NCBI GenBank assembly: GCA_963808625.1
Contig: CAWEHK010000038.1
Span: 1-64,000, forward strand
DNA from: an uncultured delta proteobacterium
GTDB lineage: Bacteria > Desulfobacterota > Syntrophobacteria > Syntrophobacterales > Syntrophobacteraceae
DNA: 64,000 nucleotides
Direction: 5' to 3'
The notes beneath the pieces were generated by a model. It was not told the origin of the DNA. It made no database searches and worked only from the letters and a program-made list of their open reading frames with translations. The translations under genes and the position numbers were made by a program. Below, one piece after another: positions 1 to 12,351 of the stretch (its first letter is position 1; every line of letters begins with the position of its first letter).

Positions 1-723
1 CAAACATTGTAGAGTTCGGTGAATTTACGCCCATCGTCGGGTGGCGTGTAGGCGTGAAACTCCTGATGGGCCTGCTTTCCAAGGTACGAGTGTCCACCAG
101 AAAAAGGGTGCGCTACCCCCAGCGAACTCGAGGTGAGATAGACCGAAGTGATCGCCGTAAAGGTCTTGCCAGCACAGGTAGCCATCTGCACCAGAGCGCG
201 GGTTTTGTTCCTGGCAGGGAGCTTTCCAGTCCGGTCACGGCCCTGACCTGGCAATCGCGCAGGTGGCGTGGGTAATTCCGGCATCTGTTCTGCAAATGCG
301 ACGACGGAGCGCATGGGCTGGCCGAGCCATTGGGCCAGAGTTTCAGGCCGATGGAAGTGAAAGAGTTCGCGGGAGCGCGGCGCTCGGTCATCCATCGGTG
401 AAGTGGATGACCTGGCCGGTGCTTTCATACAGGAAACGGTAAGGGCTAGGTCTTGACGCGCCACTTTAGCCCTGCTGCGGGAATATAGCTCGGTTTGTTC
501 TTCAAAAAAGTAAGGATGGTGTTATCCGGTTTGGCCTCTATCAGCCCCGCTGGTTCTCGGTTCTCAAAAAGCACATAATCTGCGGGCCTGTGTCGGTGGG
601 ATATTCGCGCACGGCAACGCCCAAACTGGCGCCAAGATTGATCTGCTTAAGATCCTGGACGATCCAGCCGGCCTGTTCGAGCTTCTGGTCGATTTGCAGC
701 CGTGCCTTGGCTTCAGGCGTCAT
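1..723 (-). CDS. hsdR: Type I restriction enzyme R subunit, N-terminal part (runs off window, frameshifted)
   Basis: From ATG at 723: MTPEAKARLQIDQKLEQAGWIVQD...AVREYPTDTGP, continuing after an indel as ADYVLFENREPAGLIEAK; typical EcoAI/EcoEI-type HsdR N-terminus. Confidence 0.75.
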
Positions 724-987
724 GTCTGGCCTTGCGAAGGCTATCCATGATCGGCCCGATGCCTTCAGCCTGAGTCTGGACCAGGTCAATGTCCTCAGAG
801 TAGCGGGCCGGCTGAAGATACAGTTTGTAGAGGCCGTGCCACCCCGAAACGCGAGGTTGTCCGCCAGGAACGGTCGAGAAAAAATCTCAATCAGTGCTCG
901 GCTGAGGATGAGATCCTGCTCGACCTGGGCATCCTGGGTCCAAGGTACCTGCTGTCGCCACTCTGTAATGTAGTCGCGGGGGATCAC
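714..987 (-). pseudogene. AbiEii-family nucleotidyltransferase toxin, truncated (~90 aa)
   Basis: MIPRDYITEWRQQVPW..QVEQDLILSRAL...LAFRGGTA then (shifted) LYKLYL..RYSEDIDLVQ; ends where hsdR begins. GTGA overlap with the upstream antitoxin stop. Confidence 0.75.
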
Positions 988-1763
988 AGCTCGGCCTCGA
1001 CTTCGGCATTCACCAGCAATTGCCAGCGCTGGTTCTTTTCAGCAGCGTCAACTGGCTGGGAGGGGACCAGCGGGGTCGTCACCAGCCGCTTCGTAGCAAT
1101 ATACCCGGCCAAGGCTCGGTCTCTCCGGCATCTCGACAAGGTCTAATAGATATCCCAGCCGTTGCGCCATGTGACCGGAGAAAGCTCTGCAATCTTGGCC
1201 AGCTCAGCAGGATCAAGCTTTTCCGCCAGCTCGGCAAGTATCGTGGCCACGTTGTCCAGGCCGCCGGCATGCCGGGGGTAACCGACCAAGTCAAATGCGG
1301 TCGTTTCCGGACTGGCGAGACGCAGCATGCCCCGTGGCGTGTTTATGGTGCTCGTCGGCATCTCTTTAACGTTCTTCCGGGCAATGAAATCCACGCGTAC
1401 CTTGCCGCACTCGAGGGGTGCCTTGTTCCTGGCCGTGACTACCTGAAATACCTGAGGGCGATGGTGGGCCGCGCCATGGTATTGGGCAGCGCTTAGCAGA
1501 CCGGCATAGTAGGCTTCGCCACGGTGCTCCATGAGTGAGGGGATGAACTGCTCCGCCGGCAGGCAGCCGAGAACACGGTACTCAGGCGGCACAATCACAT
1601 AGAATCCCCGGTAGGGCATGGCGATGTCACCCTTCTTGCGCAGCCGTTGGATGGCAGAGTGTACCGCCACATCAGACGAGCCGAGCAACTGTTTCGCCAC
1701 TGCCATCGTGAAGCAGTATTCTCCCCTCGCCGGGAGGTCGATGAGAATTTTCGAGACGGACAT
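984..1763 (-). CDS. AbiEi-family type IV antitoxin (one frameshift near 1165)
   Basis: RGFYVIVPPEY, YYAGLLSAAQYHGAAHHRPQVFQVVT, SPETTAFDLVGY motifs; GGAG RBS upstream. Confidence 0.85.
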
Positions 1764-2208
1764 TCCCAACTCTCCTACCGTTCAATATCACGCGGGCAAA
1801 GTATCAGTTTTCGACGAAATGCACGAGTGATTTGTGTCCCCAGGAAGTAACCTGTTGCGGGGGGAATTGTGAAGCGGCATTTCTAAGTACAGCACCGCAT
1901 AAGTAAGTGTCCGAATTCATTTTGTCGTAGCGGCGAGGGCCAGTGTCCGGGCAGTTTTTCCAGATTCCGGTTGCCACCGGAATGGTGTGCGAAGGATCAA
2001 GGTCACCTTATTTTAAGGACCCGCGCTAAGCCGGCATGCTACCGATCAGCGCTTCCTGCGCCACCGGCAAGAGGCCATTCTGATCAGGCATTTCATTTTG
2101 AAATCGTCAGGATGCTGCTGTCCTGAGTTCTGAAATCCGAGTGCCTGCCTGTTCCGGAACTCCTGCAAAATAACCTCTATTTATCAAATAGATACAGAAG
2201 CGTAGTGG

Positions 2209-2224
2209 TGGCATGGGGGATGCA
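2209..2224 (+). promoter_or_regulatory. Putative sigma-54 (-24/-12) promoter for kdp operon
   Basis: TGGCATGGGGGATGCA has GG-N10-GC spacing and is close to TGGCAC-N5-TTGCW; about 320 bp upstream of kdpF. Confidence 0.55.
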
Positions 2225-2423
2225 AAGTCATTCCTCGAAGGGTTTGTTGCGGGAATTGGTTCTCATCAAGAGTGGTGGAGGAGTTTCAGATGAACCTCGA
2301 AATTTGGCTGCCGGGAATGTTCTTCTTGGGCCTCGCAGGGATGGGACTGTGTTGCCTGTTCTTGAGGGCTTGCGGCAAGATATAGAAGGCAAGGGGGCGT
2401 CGAAAAATAAAAGGCCTTCTTCT

Positions 2424-2483
2424 ACCACAAAGAACACGAAGGACACGAAGTGGTTTCTTCGTGCTCTTCGTGTCCTTCGTGGT
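2424..2483. repeat. ACCAC(G/A)AAGAACACGAAG-family inverted repeat pair
   Basis: accacaaagaacacgaaggacacgaag ... cttcgtgctcttcgtgtccttcgtggt. Related copies near 12245, 13513-13590, 23297-23367, 26767, 47485, 48572 and 56661-56711. Confidence 0.8.
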
Positions 2484-2541
2484 CTAAAGAAGGGTTGAAA
2501 TGGCTGCAAGTCATTTTTGGATAGTTTCTAAGGGGATGCGA

Positions 2542-2625
2542 ATGATGATCTATTTGACCGCGGCGGTTGCGGTCTTTCTGTTCGTTTATCTGCTGGCGGC
2601 CCTGATCCGGCCGGAATGGTTCTGA
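2542..2625 (+). CDS. kdpF: K+-transporting ATPase subunit F
   Basis: Not in the ORF track. MMIYLTAAVAVFLFVYLLAALIRPEWF*, with the hallmark YL.YAL..PE.F-like C-terminus, directly before kdpA. Confidence 0.9.
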   Translation: MMIYLTAAVAVFLFVYLLAALIRPEWF

Positions 2626-2670
2626 TCCGGGGCAGCGATGGGCACTGCAATACTGAAAGGAGCGAAAGCA

Positions 2671-4507
2671 ATGTTTATTCAAACCTGGTTTCTTCCTTTT
2701 TCGCTTCTTGCCGCGGCGACCCTCATCGCCTTCCCCTTGAGTCGCTACCTGGCGTGGATCATGGACGGAAAATACCGGCCCTGTGCCGATTTTGGGCTGG
2801 TTCGAAAAGCGCCTGGACAGCGGCCCGCAGAACTGGAAGCAGTATGCCGGTTCGCTGCTCCTTTTCAACACCGTGCTGTTTGTCTACGGCTATGTGGTGC
2901 TGGCGCTCCAGCCATGGATGCCGCTGAATCCGGATGGCAAGGGGATGATTGCCCCGACCACCATCTTTCAAGCCGTGACCTCGTTCATGACCAACACGGA
3001 CCTCCAGCACTATTCCGGGGAACAGCATCTGTCGAATTTCAGCCAGATTTTCTTCGGCATCGCCATGCTGTTTATGTCGGCCGCAGTCGGGTTAAGTGCG
3101 CTGACCGCGATCATCCGGGCGCTGCGCAGCGATGCCTCGCTCGGCAACTTCTTCGTGGATATGTGGCGGGTGGTGGTCTACATGTTTGTGCCGCTCGCCT
3201 TTGTCATCGCTCTCATTTTTATGACGCAGGGCAGCCCGATGACGTTCCAAAGCTCTTATCAGGTCTCGACCCTCGAGCCTGCGGCCATGGGAACCACGGA
3301 CAAGGGCGAGGCGAAGCCGCAGACCATCGTGGTCGGGCCGGTGGCGGCCTTGGAATCCATCAAGATGCTCGGGACCAACGGGGGCGGGTTCCACGGTATG
3401 AACTCCGCTCATCCCTTTGAAAATCCCACGGATCTGTCGAACTTCCTCAACACCCTGTCCATGATGATTTTTCCGTTTGCGCTGGTGCTGATGTACGGCC
3501 GGATGCTCGGTCGGCTGCGGCATGCGCTGGTCATTTTTTCGGTCATGATGACTGTTGATGATCGGCTACCATCGTCTGGTCGATCGCCTTTGACACGCTA
3601 AAACCGAACCCGGGATTGACCGGCCCATCCCGTGGCCCGAACATATCGAAATTCCCAGCGCCACGGCACCGGGAGGGAAACGGGAGGTGACCCTTCCCGC
3701 CGTCGCCGGGCTTGCCGGTGGACCAGCATCTGGGCAATCTCGAGGGCAAGGAAATGCGCTTCGGGACTTCGGCCGGCGCGACGTATGCAGCGGTGACGAC
3801 GGACGTGACCTGCGGCGCGGTGAACGCTGAGGCCGACAGCCTCAACCCGCTGGCCGGCCTTGTCGCCGATGGTTGGCATGTGGCTGAACTGCATCTTCGG
3901 CGGCAAAGGCGTGGGGATGATCAACATGCTGCTGTACGTGATCATCGGGATTTTCATGGCCGGCATGATGGTGGGCCGGACGCCCGAGTATCTGGGCAAG
4001 AAAATCGGGGCCCGGGAGGTGAAGCTGGCGATCCTCGCCCTGCTGGTCCATCCGTTCATGATCCTTTTTCCCACCGGGCTTTTTGCGGCGACGAACTGGG
4101 GACTTCAGGCCGTCAGCAATCCCGGCGCCCACGGTTTTTCACAAATGCTGTACAAGTTCTCCTCGGCCTCCGCCAACAACGGCTCGGCTTTCGATGGACT
4201 GGCGGTTGTCTACGGTTTGGCGAGCAATCCGAACCCCGCGCCGACAGCCGATCCCATGGAACATCGCGGCGGGCCTGGTGATGCTCTTCAGCCGCTATCT
4301 GCCGATCATTGCGCCGATTGCCATGGCGGCGTCTCTCGGCGCGAAGAAATCGAGCCCGTTCGGCCTGGGGACGTTGCGCACCGACACCGTCACCTTTGGC
4401 GTGCTCTTGCTCGGGACGATCCTGATCATCGGGGCCCTGCTCTTCCTGCCGGTGGCCGCACTGGGGCCCGTGGCGGAGCATTTGGGCCCATCCCGTTCGG
4501 CGGCTGA
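2671..4507 (+). CDS. kdpA: K+-transporting ATPase subunit A (several frameshifts)
   Basis: SFMTNTDLQHYSGE, IKMLGTNGGGF, NSAHPFENP, GRTPEYLGKKI, SASANNGSAF, LPVAALGPVAEH. Confidence 0.95.
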
Positions 4508-4556
4508 CGGGGAAGTTGCTGACGATCGAATCACAAGTGCTCAACAGGAGTTTCCC

Positions 4557-6736
4557 ATGAATAAATGGAAGATGCTACAGAAGCCTTACTGGCCAGACAC
4601 CATTGAGGACTGCGCATGCCTCGACCGCCGCGGTCGCGCGCCGTATGAAACCGCGAGGACTGCTGGAGAAGGAAACAGCGAAAGCGGCGTTGAAGCAGGC
4701 GTTCGTCATGCTGCGGCCGGACATCCAATGGAAGAACCCGGTGATGTTCGTGGTCGAGGTCGGGGCGTTCCTGACCTTGTTGTTTATCGTGCAGGCGGCA
4801 TGGGGCGGACAGGCCAGCCAGGTGCCGATCACCTATTTCATCGCCCTCGATACATGGCTTTTCCTGACCGTGCTGTTCGCCAACTTTGCCACCGCCCTCG
4901 CCGAGGCCCGCGGCAAAGCCCAGGCCGATTCGCTCCGGCGGGCCCGTCACGACACGCTGGCCTATCGCCTGAACGAGCCGGCGGCATCGAAGAGGTTTCC
5001 TCGACGGCTCTGAAGCCGGGCGATCGTGGTGGTCGTGCAGGCGGGACAGACGATTCCCGGCGACGGCGAAATCATCGAAGGGGTCGCGTCCGTCGACGAA
5101 TCGGCGATCACCGGCGAGTCGGCGCCGGTCATTCGCGAAGCGGGCGGCGACCGCTCCGGCGTGACCGGCGGCACCGTCGTGCTTTCCGACCGGATCGTCG
5201 TTCGAGATCACCAGCGGCGCCGGGGAATCGTTTCTCGACGGATGATCGCCCTGGTCGAAGGGGCCATCCGCCAGCGAAGCCCGAACGAGATCGCGCTGAC
5301 CCTGGTGCTCTCGGCGTTCACGCTGGTCTTCCTGATTGTGGTGATTCCGCTCTGGCCGATGGCCTGCAACGCCGAGCAATACATGAAGGGCTACCTGGGC
5401 CTGCAGGAACCCTTGAAAAGCCTGGGCACCGACATGCCGACCCTGGTGGCCCTGCTGGTCTGCCTGATTCCGACCACGATCGGCGCTCTGCTGGCGGCCA
5501 TCGGCATCGCCGGCATGGACCGGGCGCTGCGGGCCAACATCATCGCCAAGAGCGGCAAGGCGGTGGAAGTGGCCGGCGACATCGACATGGTGCTGCTGGA
5601 CAAGACGGGCACGATCACCATCGGGAACCGGAACGCGACCACGTTTCTGCCCCATCGGCGAAGTACTCGGCCGCTGACGTGGGGCGCCTGGCCGCCCTGG
5701 CATCCGCCGCCGATGAGACGCCCGAAGGAAAGAGCATCGTGAAACTGTATCGAGAAGCAAAGCCGATGCCCCGGTCGAACGTGCCGCCGGACGCGCAATT
5801 TCGTGCCGTTCACCGCCCAGACGCGCATGAGCGGCATCGATCTTCCGGATGGACGGCGCATCCGCAAAGGGGCGCCCGATGCGATCATCAAATTCGTCGA
5901 GGATGAACCATGGCAGCGTGCCGGAGGAACTGAGCGCGCTGGTCGAGCAGCGTCGCCTCGGAAGGCGCGACCCCTCTGGTCGTGGCCGACGACGACCACA
6001 TCGCGGGCCTGGTGGTGCTCGAAGACATTCTGAAGCCGGGCATGCGCGAGCGCTTCGAGCGGCTGCGCAAGATGGGGCTGCGGACCGTCATGGTCACCGG
6101 AGACAACCCGCTGACGGCCGCGACCATCGCCGACCAGGCGGGCGTGGATGACTTTCTCGCCGAGGCCACGCCGGAAGCCAAACTCGCCTACATCCGCAAG
6201 GAACAGGCCGGCGGCAAGCTGGTGGCCATGATGGGCGACGGCACCAACGATGCCCCGGCCCTGGCCCAGGCCGACGTGGCGTGGCCATGAACTCCGGCAC
6301 GCAGGCGGCCAAGGAAGCGGGCAACATGGTCGATCTGGACAGCGACCCGACCAAGCTGATCGAAGTCGTGGAGATCGGCAAGCAACTGCTGATGACGCGG
6401 GGCTCGCTGACGACGTTCTCCATCGCCAACGACGTGGCCAAGTATTTTGCCATCGTTCCGGCGCTGTTTGCCGGCACGTTGCCGTGGCTGAAGGCGATCG
6501 ACATCATGCATCTGCATTCGCCGACCTCGGCGATCCTGTCGGCCGTGATCTTCAATGCGCTCATCATTCCGGCGCTGATCCCGATCGCGCTGAAGGGCGT
6601 GAAATACCGGCCGGTGGGCGCCGATGCCCTGCTGCGCCGGAATCTGCTGATCTGGGGACTGGGCGGCGTGATCGTGCCGTTTATCGGCATCAAGCTGATC
6701 GACCTCGCTCATGGCGGGTTTGCATCTGGTCAGTGA
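4557..6736 (+). CDS. kdpB: K+-transporting ATPase subunit B (several frameshifts; start uncertain)
   Basis: [64 protein letters not shown]. Confidence 0.95.
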
Positions 6737-6764
6737 TGGTTCGAGTCAACAAGGAGGCATAAAC

Positions 6765-7784
6765 ATGTTGCAAAATCTTTTGAAGAGCATCTTGTTGTTG
6801 TTGTTTGCCGTGGTCATTTGCTGCGTGGTCTATCCGCTGGCGTTATGGGCGATCGGCCAGGCCTTCTTTCCGTTTCAGGCCAACGGCAGTCTGCTGCAAA
6901 GGTCCGGACGGCAAACTGGTAGGCTCGCGACTCATTGCCCAGCCGTTTACCAAGGATGAATATTTTCAGCCACGTCCTTCGGCCGCGTCCTATGATGCGC
7001 TCCGCTTCGGCTTCGTCGTCCCTGGCAGCTTCCAATACGCGTTGCGCGACCGGGTTGCCCGCACGCTCGGGCCCGATGGTGAAATATCGAAGCGGCCCCA
7101 AAGCCGGACAACTCGTGGCGCCGGATATCGAAAGCTGGTTCCGGCAGGATCGGTTCCAGGGCGCCCCGCATATCGTGGCTCAGTGGGCCGACCTGCACAA
7201 CGCCCTGGCCCGGACCTGGGTGAAGGCGGACCCGCTTCACGGCGCGTACGTGGATGACTGGGCGAAATCGCATCCCGCCTTGGTCGCCCAGTTCATCAAG
7301 GACAATCCAGCGCACCCCCCGGCCGAAGGCTGAGGATCTGGCCGTCGCGTTCTTCGACGAACTTTTCCCGCGAGAACCCCGGCAGATTTCCTGCCACCTT
7401 CACCCGCACAGGAGTCGACGGCAAGACCGAAACAATGATGGAACCGTTCCAGGACGGCCCTGACATTCACTCGATCTTCTTTGATATGTGGCGGCAGGAC
7501 CATCCTGAGGCCGACCTCGAGGATGTCCCCGGCGACTTGGTCACCACTTCTGCTTCCGGGCTCGATCCTCATATCACGCTTGAGAATGCCGAGTACCAGC
7601 TCGATCGGGTCGCTGCCAAATGGGCTGCCGCCTTGAAGCGCGACCCGGCCGCCGTCCGCGACGAGATCGAGCGAGATATTGCAGCAGAATGCCTCGGCGC
7701 CGCTCGGAGGGCTTGCCGGCGAAAAGTTTGTCAACGTGCTCGAGGTCAATCTCGAACTTCGACCGGCGATACGGAGCGCCATAG
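6765..7784 (+). CDS. kdpC: K+-transporting ATPase subunit C, long form (frameshifted)
   Basis: [65 protein letters not shown]. Confidence 0.9.
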
Positions 7785-7900
7785 CCGCTCAACAGCCCTC
7801 GATGAACCTTTCCACCACCTGGCAGGCTTCCTATAATGGCCACTCCTCATCAACAAGATTGGCAAGGAGGCGCAAGATGCAATTGATATGCGGAGCTGGA

Positions 7901-8010
7901 TTGACTTCTGTCCTCTGTCTTCTGACTCCTTCTCCTATCTTCTGACTCCTGTCTTTTGTCATTTCTGTCTTGGACTGTCGTCTACTGTCTCAGCTGACTC
8001 ATTTTGACTC
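7901..8010. repeat. Degenerate heptamer-like pyrimidine-rich repeat tract (TTCTGAC/TCCTGTC type)
   Basis: ttctgactcct occurs twice, with related units, in the intergenic region. Confidence 0.5.
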
Positions 8011-8046
8011 CTCATCCATTGCCAAGCCCATGGAGACGTCACGCCA

Positions 8047-9876
8047 ATGAATTTAAAGACCAAGTTGATCATCGCGTTTTGCGGTTTGCTCTTGATTCCT
8101 GTGATCGTGGGCACTCTGAGCGTGCGCACGGTCACCGAGTCGAGCACCGCTATCGATCGGATATTCCGGGAGAATTATGACACCGTCGTGGCCTGCTATC
8201 GGATGAAGAGAAGCCATCAACGGCTTGATCGCATCGCCCAGGTTTCCCTTTGGCAAGAGATATCCGGAGCTGAGCCGCGAAGCTCAGCTTGCAGTCGATG
8301 AATTCGAAAAGAACCTCAAATTTCAGCAAGGCAATGTGACCGTTGTCGGCGAAGCAGGAGGCAACTGACAAACCTGACGGGGCTCTGGGCAAGTTACCTG
8401 CAGGAGTATCAGGAATTCCTGCAAAGCCGATGCTGAAACGGGTCGCAGTAGGTTTATCGCGACAGACTCCTGCCCCGGTCGCAGGAGGTTCGTGATGCCG
8501 CTCAGAAAATCATCGACTGAATCTGAACAATATGGTTTCCGTGGATGGCCAGGCACGTCTGCGTGCGGTTGAGACCAGGCGCACGATGGTGTTCCTGGTG
8601 CTGTCCGGGGTGGTTATTGCCGTGATCTTCATTGCCGTCATTTTGCCCGCAATTTTGCGCCCCATTGCCGGGCTGACCAGGTCGGTCGGCGCGATCCGCG
8701 AAGGCAACCTCGACCTGGTGGTGAAGGTCCATTCCCGCGACGAACTCGGGCAACTTGCTGGGGCGGTTAATGAAATGGCGCTGAGCTTACGTGAGTACCG
8801 GCGAAGTGACCGTTCCCGCTTTTTGCGGACGCAGCGCTCCACGCTGCTTGCTCTTGAACAGCTTGTCCAATGCCGTGGCGATCTGCAATCAGAGCGGAGA
8901 GATCGAACTGGCCAATGAAGCCGCTCAAAACCTGTTCGGCCTGAAACCGGAGCGCCCGTCTCGGCATCAGGAAATGCCGCCATGATCGAGCTTTTCACAC
9001 GGGCCTGCCGTCGATCTGCGTCCGCTAAGACCCAAGAGTTATGCCGATGCCATCCAGATTTTCCGCGATGGTGAGGAGCACTTCTTTTTTCCCGAAGCGA
9101 TTCCTATTCTTGACGAACAGCGGGAGCTGGTCGGGGTAACCCTGGTGCTGTCGGATGTCACGGATATCCGGCGGTTGCGCGACATGAAAAGAGGCTTGAT
9201 TGCGACGGTCTCCCATGAATTGAAGACCCCGCTCACCTCCGTTCGGCTGGCGATCCATGCACTCCTGAGTGAAAAGGTTGGGCCGCTCACCTTCAAGCAG
9301 TCGGAACTGCTGGCCGCTGCCCGGAATGACAGTGATCGACTGCACCGCATGATCGAAAACCTCCTCGACATGAGCCGCATGGAAGCGGGCCGTGCCGCCA
9401 TCCAGAAGCGGCCGGTGACTTCGGAACAGCTCCTTCTCCCGGCATCGGACGAATTTCGGACGGCCTTCGCGGACCGTGGCGTACACCTCAAGATTGACAT
9501 TTCTCCGGATGCGCCTCCCGTGCTTGCCGATCCCATCCGCATGCAGCATGTTTTCACCAACCTTCTCAACAATGCCCTCAGACACACGCCGCCTGGCGGT
9601 GTGGTTACCATTTCCGCGCGCCGCGAAGGGGAAGAAGTGTGCTTCGTTGTCGAAGATACCGGACCTGGGATTCCTGAGGAATATCTTCCCCACGTTTTCG
9701 AGGAATTCTTCCGGGTGCCGGGCCAGGACCAGCAGCATGACACCGGATTGGGACTCGCCATTGTGAAAGACATCGTCGGGTTGCATGGTGGGACGATTGA
9801 GGCGCAAAGTGAAGCGGGAAAAGGGGCGAAGTTCATCTTTACGTTGCCGGCCGCCGAACCGGGGGAAAGCCAATGA
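8047..9876 (+). CDS. Membrane sensor histidine kinase (periplasmic helical domain, HAMP, PAS-like, HisKA, HATPase; frameshifted)
   Basis: N-terminal TM; HAMP (DLVVKVHSRDELGQLAGAVNEMA); H-box VSHELKTPLTS; N-box NLLNNALRHT; DTGPGI; GLGLAIVK. Confidence 0.85.
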
Positions 9877-11012
9877 TCGAAGACCGTGCGCTCAGCTTTC
9901 TCCAACTGATCCGGCGCGCCCAGCGCGGCAAGCTGAAGATCTACCTCGGCTACGGGCCCGGTGTGGGGAAGACCTGGCAGATGCTCCTCGAAGGGCAGCG
10001 GCTCAAGCAGGAGGGAATCGACGTCGTGGTGGGGCTGCTCGAAACCCACGGGCGGGCTGATACGGCCGGGCTGGCGGAGGGCCTCGAGGTGGTCCCCCGG
10101 CGACAGGTTCAGTATCGCGGCATTACGCTCGAGGAGATGGATCTGGAAGCCGTGCTGGCGCGCCGGCCGGAGGTGGCCCTGGTGGACGAACTGGCGCACA
10201 CCAATGTTCCCGGCAGCGACAATACAAAGCGCTATCAGGACGTGCAGGAGCTGCTTTCAGCCGGCATTCATGTCATCAGCACCCTTAACGTGCAGCACCT
10301 CGAGAGCCTCTACGACACGGTTGAATCCCTCATCGGGGTCAAGGTCCACGAACGATTGCCTGATTCCGTGCTGGCCGAGGCCGATGAGATCGTAAATGTC
10401 GACCTGGCAACGGAAGACTTGCAGCGGCGTCTGCGCGAAGGGAAGATTTATGGTCGCGAGCGGATTCCGACCGCCCTGGAGAATTTTTTTCAACGCTCCC
10501 ATCTCGATGCACTCCGCGAGTTGACGCTGCGCGAACTCGCCTCGCAGATCGATATCAAGCGCCGTGGCCTGCCCGAAGCGGAACATGATACGGCGCCGGA
10601 CCAGGTGATGGTCTGTCTGAGTTCGCGGGGCCCCAACAGCGCCGCGCTCCTGCGCTACGGTTCGCGCCTTGCGGGGCGTCTCAACCGCAACTGGTATGCC
10701 GTTTACGTCCAGACGCCGCGCGAGGAACCAACCGTAATCGACGCCGCCACCCAGCGGTATCTCTCGGAAACCCTGACCCTGGCCAACAGCCTGGGGGCCC
10801 TGGTCTTCCCCTACAAGGGCGAAGACATTGTGGAAACAATCCTTCATTTCGCACGGGAATACCGGGTGGGACACATTGTCATCGGCCGCCCCGGTCCCCT
10901 TCCTCTCTGGAAACGCCTGCTGGGTCGCAAAACCCTGGTCGAGAGACTGATTCTGGAAGCGCGCGGGCTCACCGTCGTCGTGGTCGATCCGACCGCGGAT
11001 AACCGATCGTGA
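9873..11012 (+). CDS. kdpD: Stand-alone KdpD N-terminal sensor domain + universal stress protein domain
   Basis: GKLKIYLGYGPGVGKTWQML, LVDELAHTN, STLNVQHLESL, LRELTLRE, then a USP domain. No TM or kinase domain. ATGA overlap with the upstream kinase. Confidence 0.9.
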   Translation: MIEDRALSFLQLIRRAQRGKLKIYLGYGPGVGKTWQMLLEGQRLKQEGIDVVVGLLETHGRADTAGLAEGLEVVPRRQVQYRGITLEEMDLEAVLARRPEVALVDELAHTNVPGSDNTKRYQDVQELLSAGIHVISTLNVQHLESLYDTVESLIGVKVHERLPDSVLAEADEIVNVDLATEDLQRRLREGKIYGRERIPTALENFFQRSHLDALRELTLRELASQIDIKRRGLPEAEHDTAPDQVMVCLSSRGPNSAALLRYGSRLAGRLNRNWYAVYVQTPREEPTVIDAATQRYLSETLTLANSLGALVFPYKGEDIVETILHFAREYRVGHIVIGRPGPLPLWKRLLGRKTLVERLILEARGLTVVVVDPTADNRS

Positions 11013-11102
11013 CGCCCTGCCCGCAAATCACCACTTGTTGGCACAAATAGGGGCGAGACGGTTGGAGATATCAGCGATCAGAATTTGCCCATCATGCTCT
11101 GC

Positions 11103-12144
11103 TCACTGCGAAAAGCGATCGAACAAAGCTACTCTCGCCCTCTCGATCGCTCTGAGCACTTTAACCACCTGCACTTTAATGCCTAATTCGGCAAGGATGG
11201 GTGCGAGTGTTTCCTGAACTTCTTTCTTGGAGACCTGGACTTGTTGTGGCAGCGAATCACTCTTTTCAAGAAGTTTGCAAAAAGAGTCCCGGAACCCTGA
11301 GATGGGTGCAGCATGGGTAAGAAGCGAGGTGCCGAGCACATAACCTGAATTGTGTTCGGCAAAGAGCGCGATATGGGGGAAGAAGGGTCTGCCTTTTCCT
11401 TCTCGCACGGGCATTGGCGCAAAAGAGAGATCGGCTTCCCAGATTCTGCCGGGCTGAGGACTTTTCGTCTGGAGTCGCTGCAGGAGCAGTTTGTCTATCG
11501 GGATCGCTCCTTCTTCCTTCGGGACCTTCTTTTGGAGAGGGGCCGGTTTCATGTACGCCGTTGCCCAGGCCAGCCGGTCACCCTCAGTGCGTGGGACGCG
11601 GACCGGAAGCTGCCCTTTCTGGGTTGGTGTGAGGATGCGCTCGTCATCCTTCACCAGCAGGGCAACTTCCGATTGCCTGTTGGAGGGCGGTCCTGAGGAA
11701 TTGTGCTTCGCCTTTACCGAGATACCAGGGATAATAGCCCGGCACGTGGCTCCTGAAGGTCGGCCAGGCATTGCGCCCGCGAAATTTCAGGCCAAGCTGC
11801 TTGATCACCTTCAAATCCTGCGGGTCAAGCATCTGCCTGTCCTCAAAAGAGGCTACCAGACAGTCTTGGGTGAAGAGCGTATCGGCTCTTGCAACTTTCC
11901 CCGATTGAATGGCGCGATAGCCCTCCAGACCCTCCTCGCCCAAATAAACGCCGAGGCCAAAGAACTCACCGAGGTTGCCCATAACGCAGCAGTACCCAAT
12001 TTCTTCATTTGCCGGATTTTGCACGCCGAAAACCTGATCATCAACCATCCAGGTCCAGGCTTCTATTTTCTTGAACTCGACCGCGGCGGCGTACAGCTCT
12101 CTCCATTCCTGCAAAGTCGGCGTCGATTCGTCTATCATTCGCAT
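11103..12144 (-). CDS. Conserved hypothetical protein (one frameshift near 11680)
   Basis: Two protein-like ORF halves (WRELYAAAVEFKKIEAWTWM...GYCCVMG; WEADLSFAPMPVRE..RPFFPHIAL); GGAGG upstream. Confidence 0.7.
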
Positions 12145-12351
12145 CTACTTCCTCCTGCCTCTTCTTCCTTGCGGTTCCTGTTGAAGGTGCTCATACATCT
12201 CTTGACCAAGTCAGCTTCAGACCATAATGAGAGCAAGAAACGATTTCTTCGTGTGTCTTTGCAGTCCTTCGTGTGCCTTCGTGGACACGTTGGGGTCGAA
12301 GGGTTTCCGGTTGCTCTTGGTCGGTCCCTGATTGTCCGGAAACGGTTGTCG

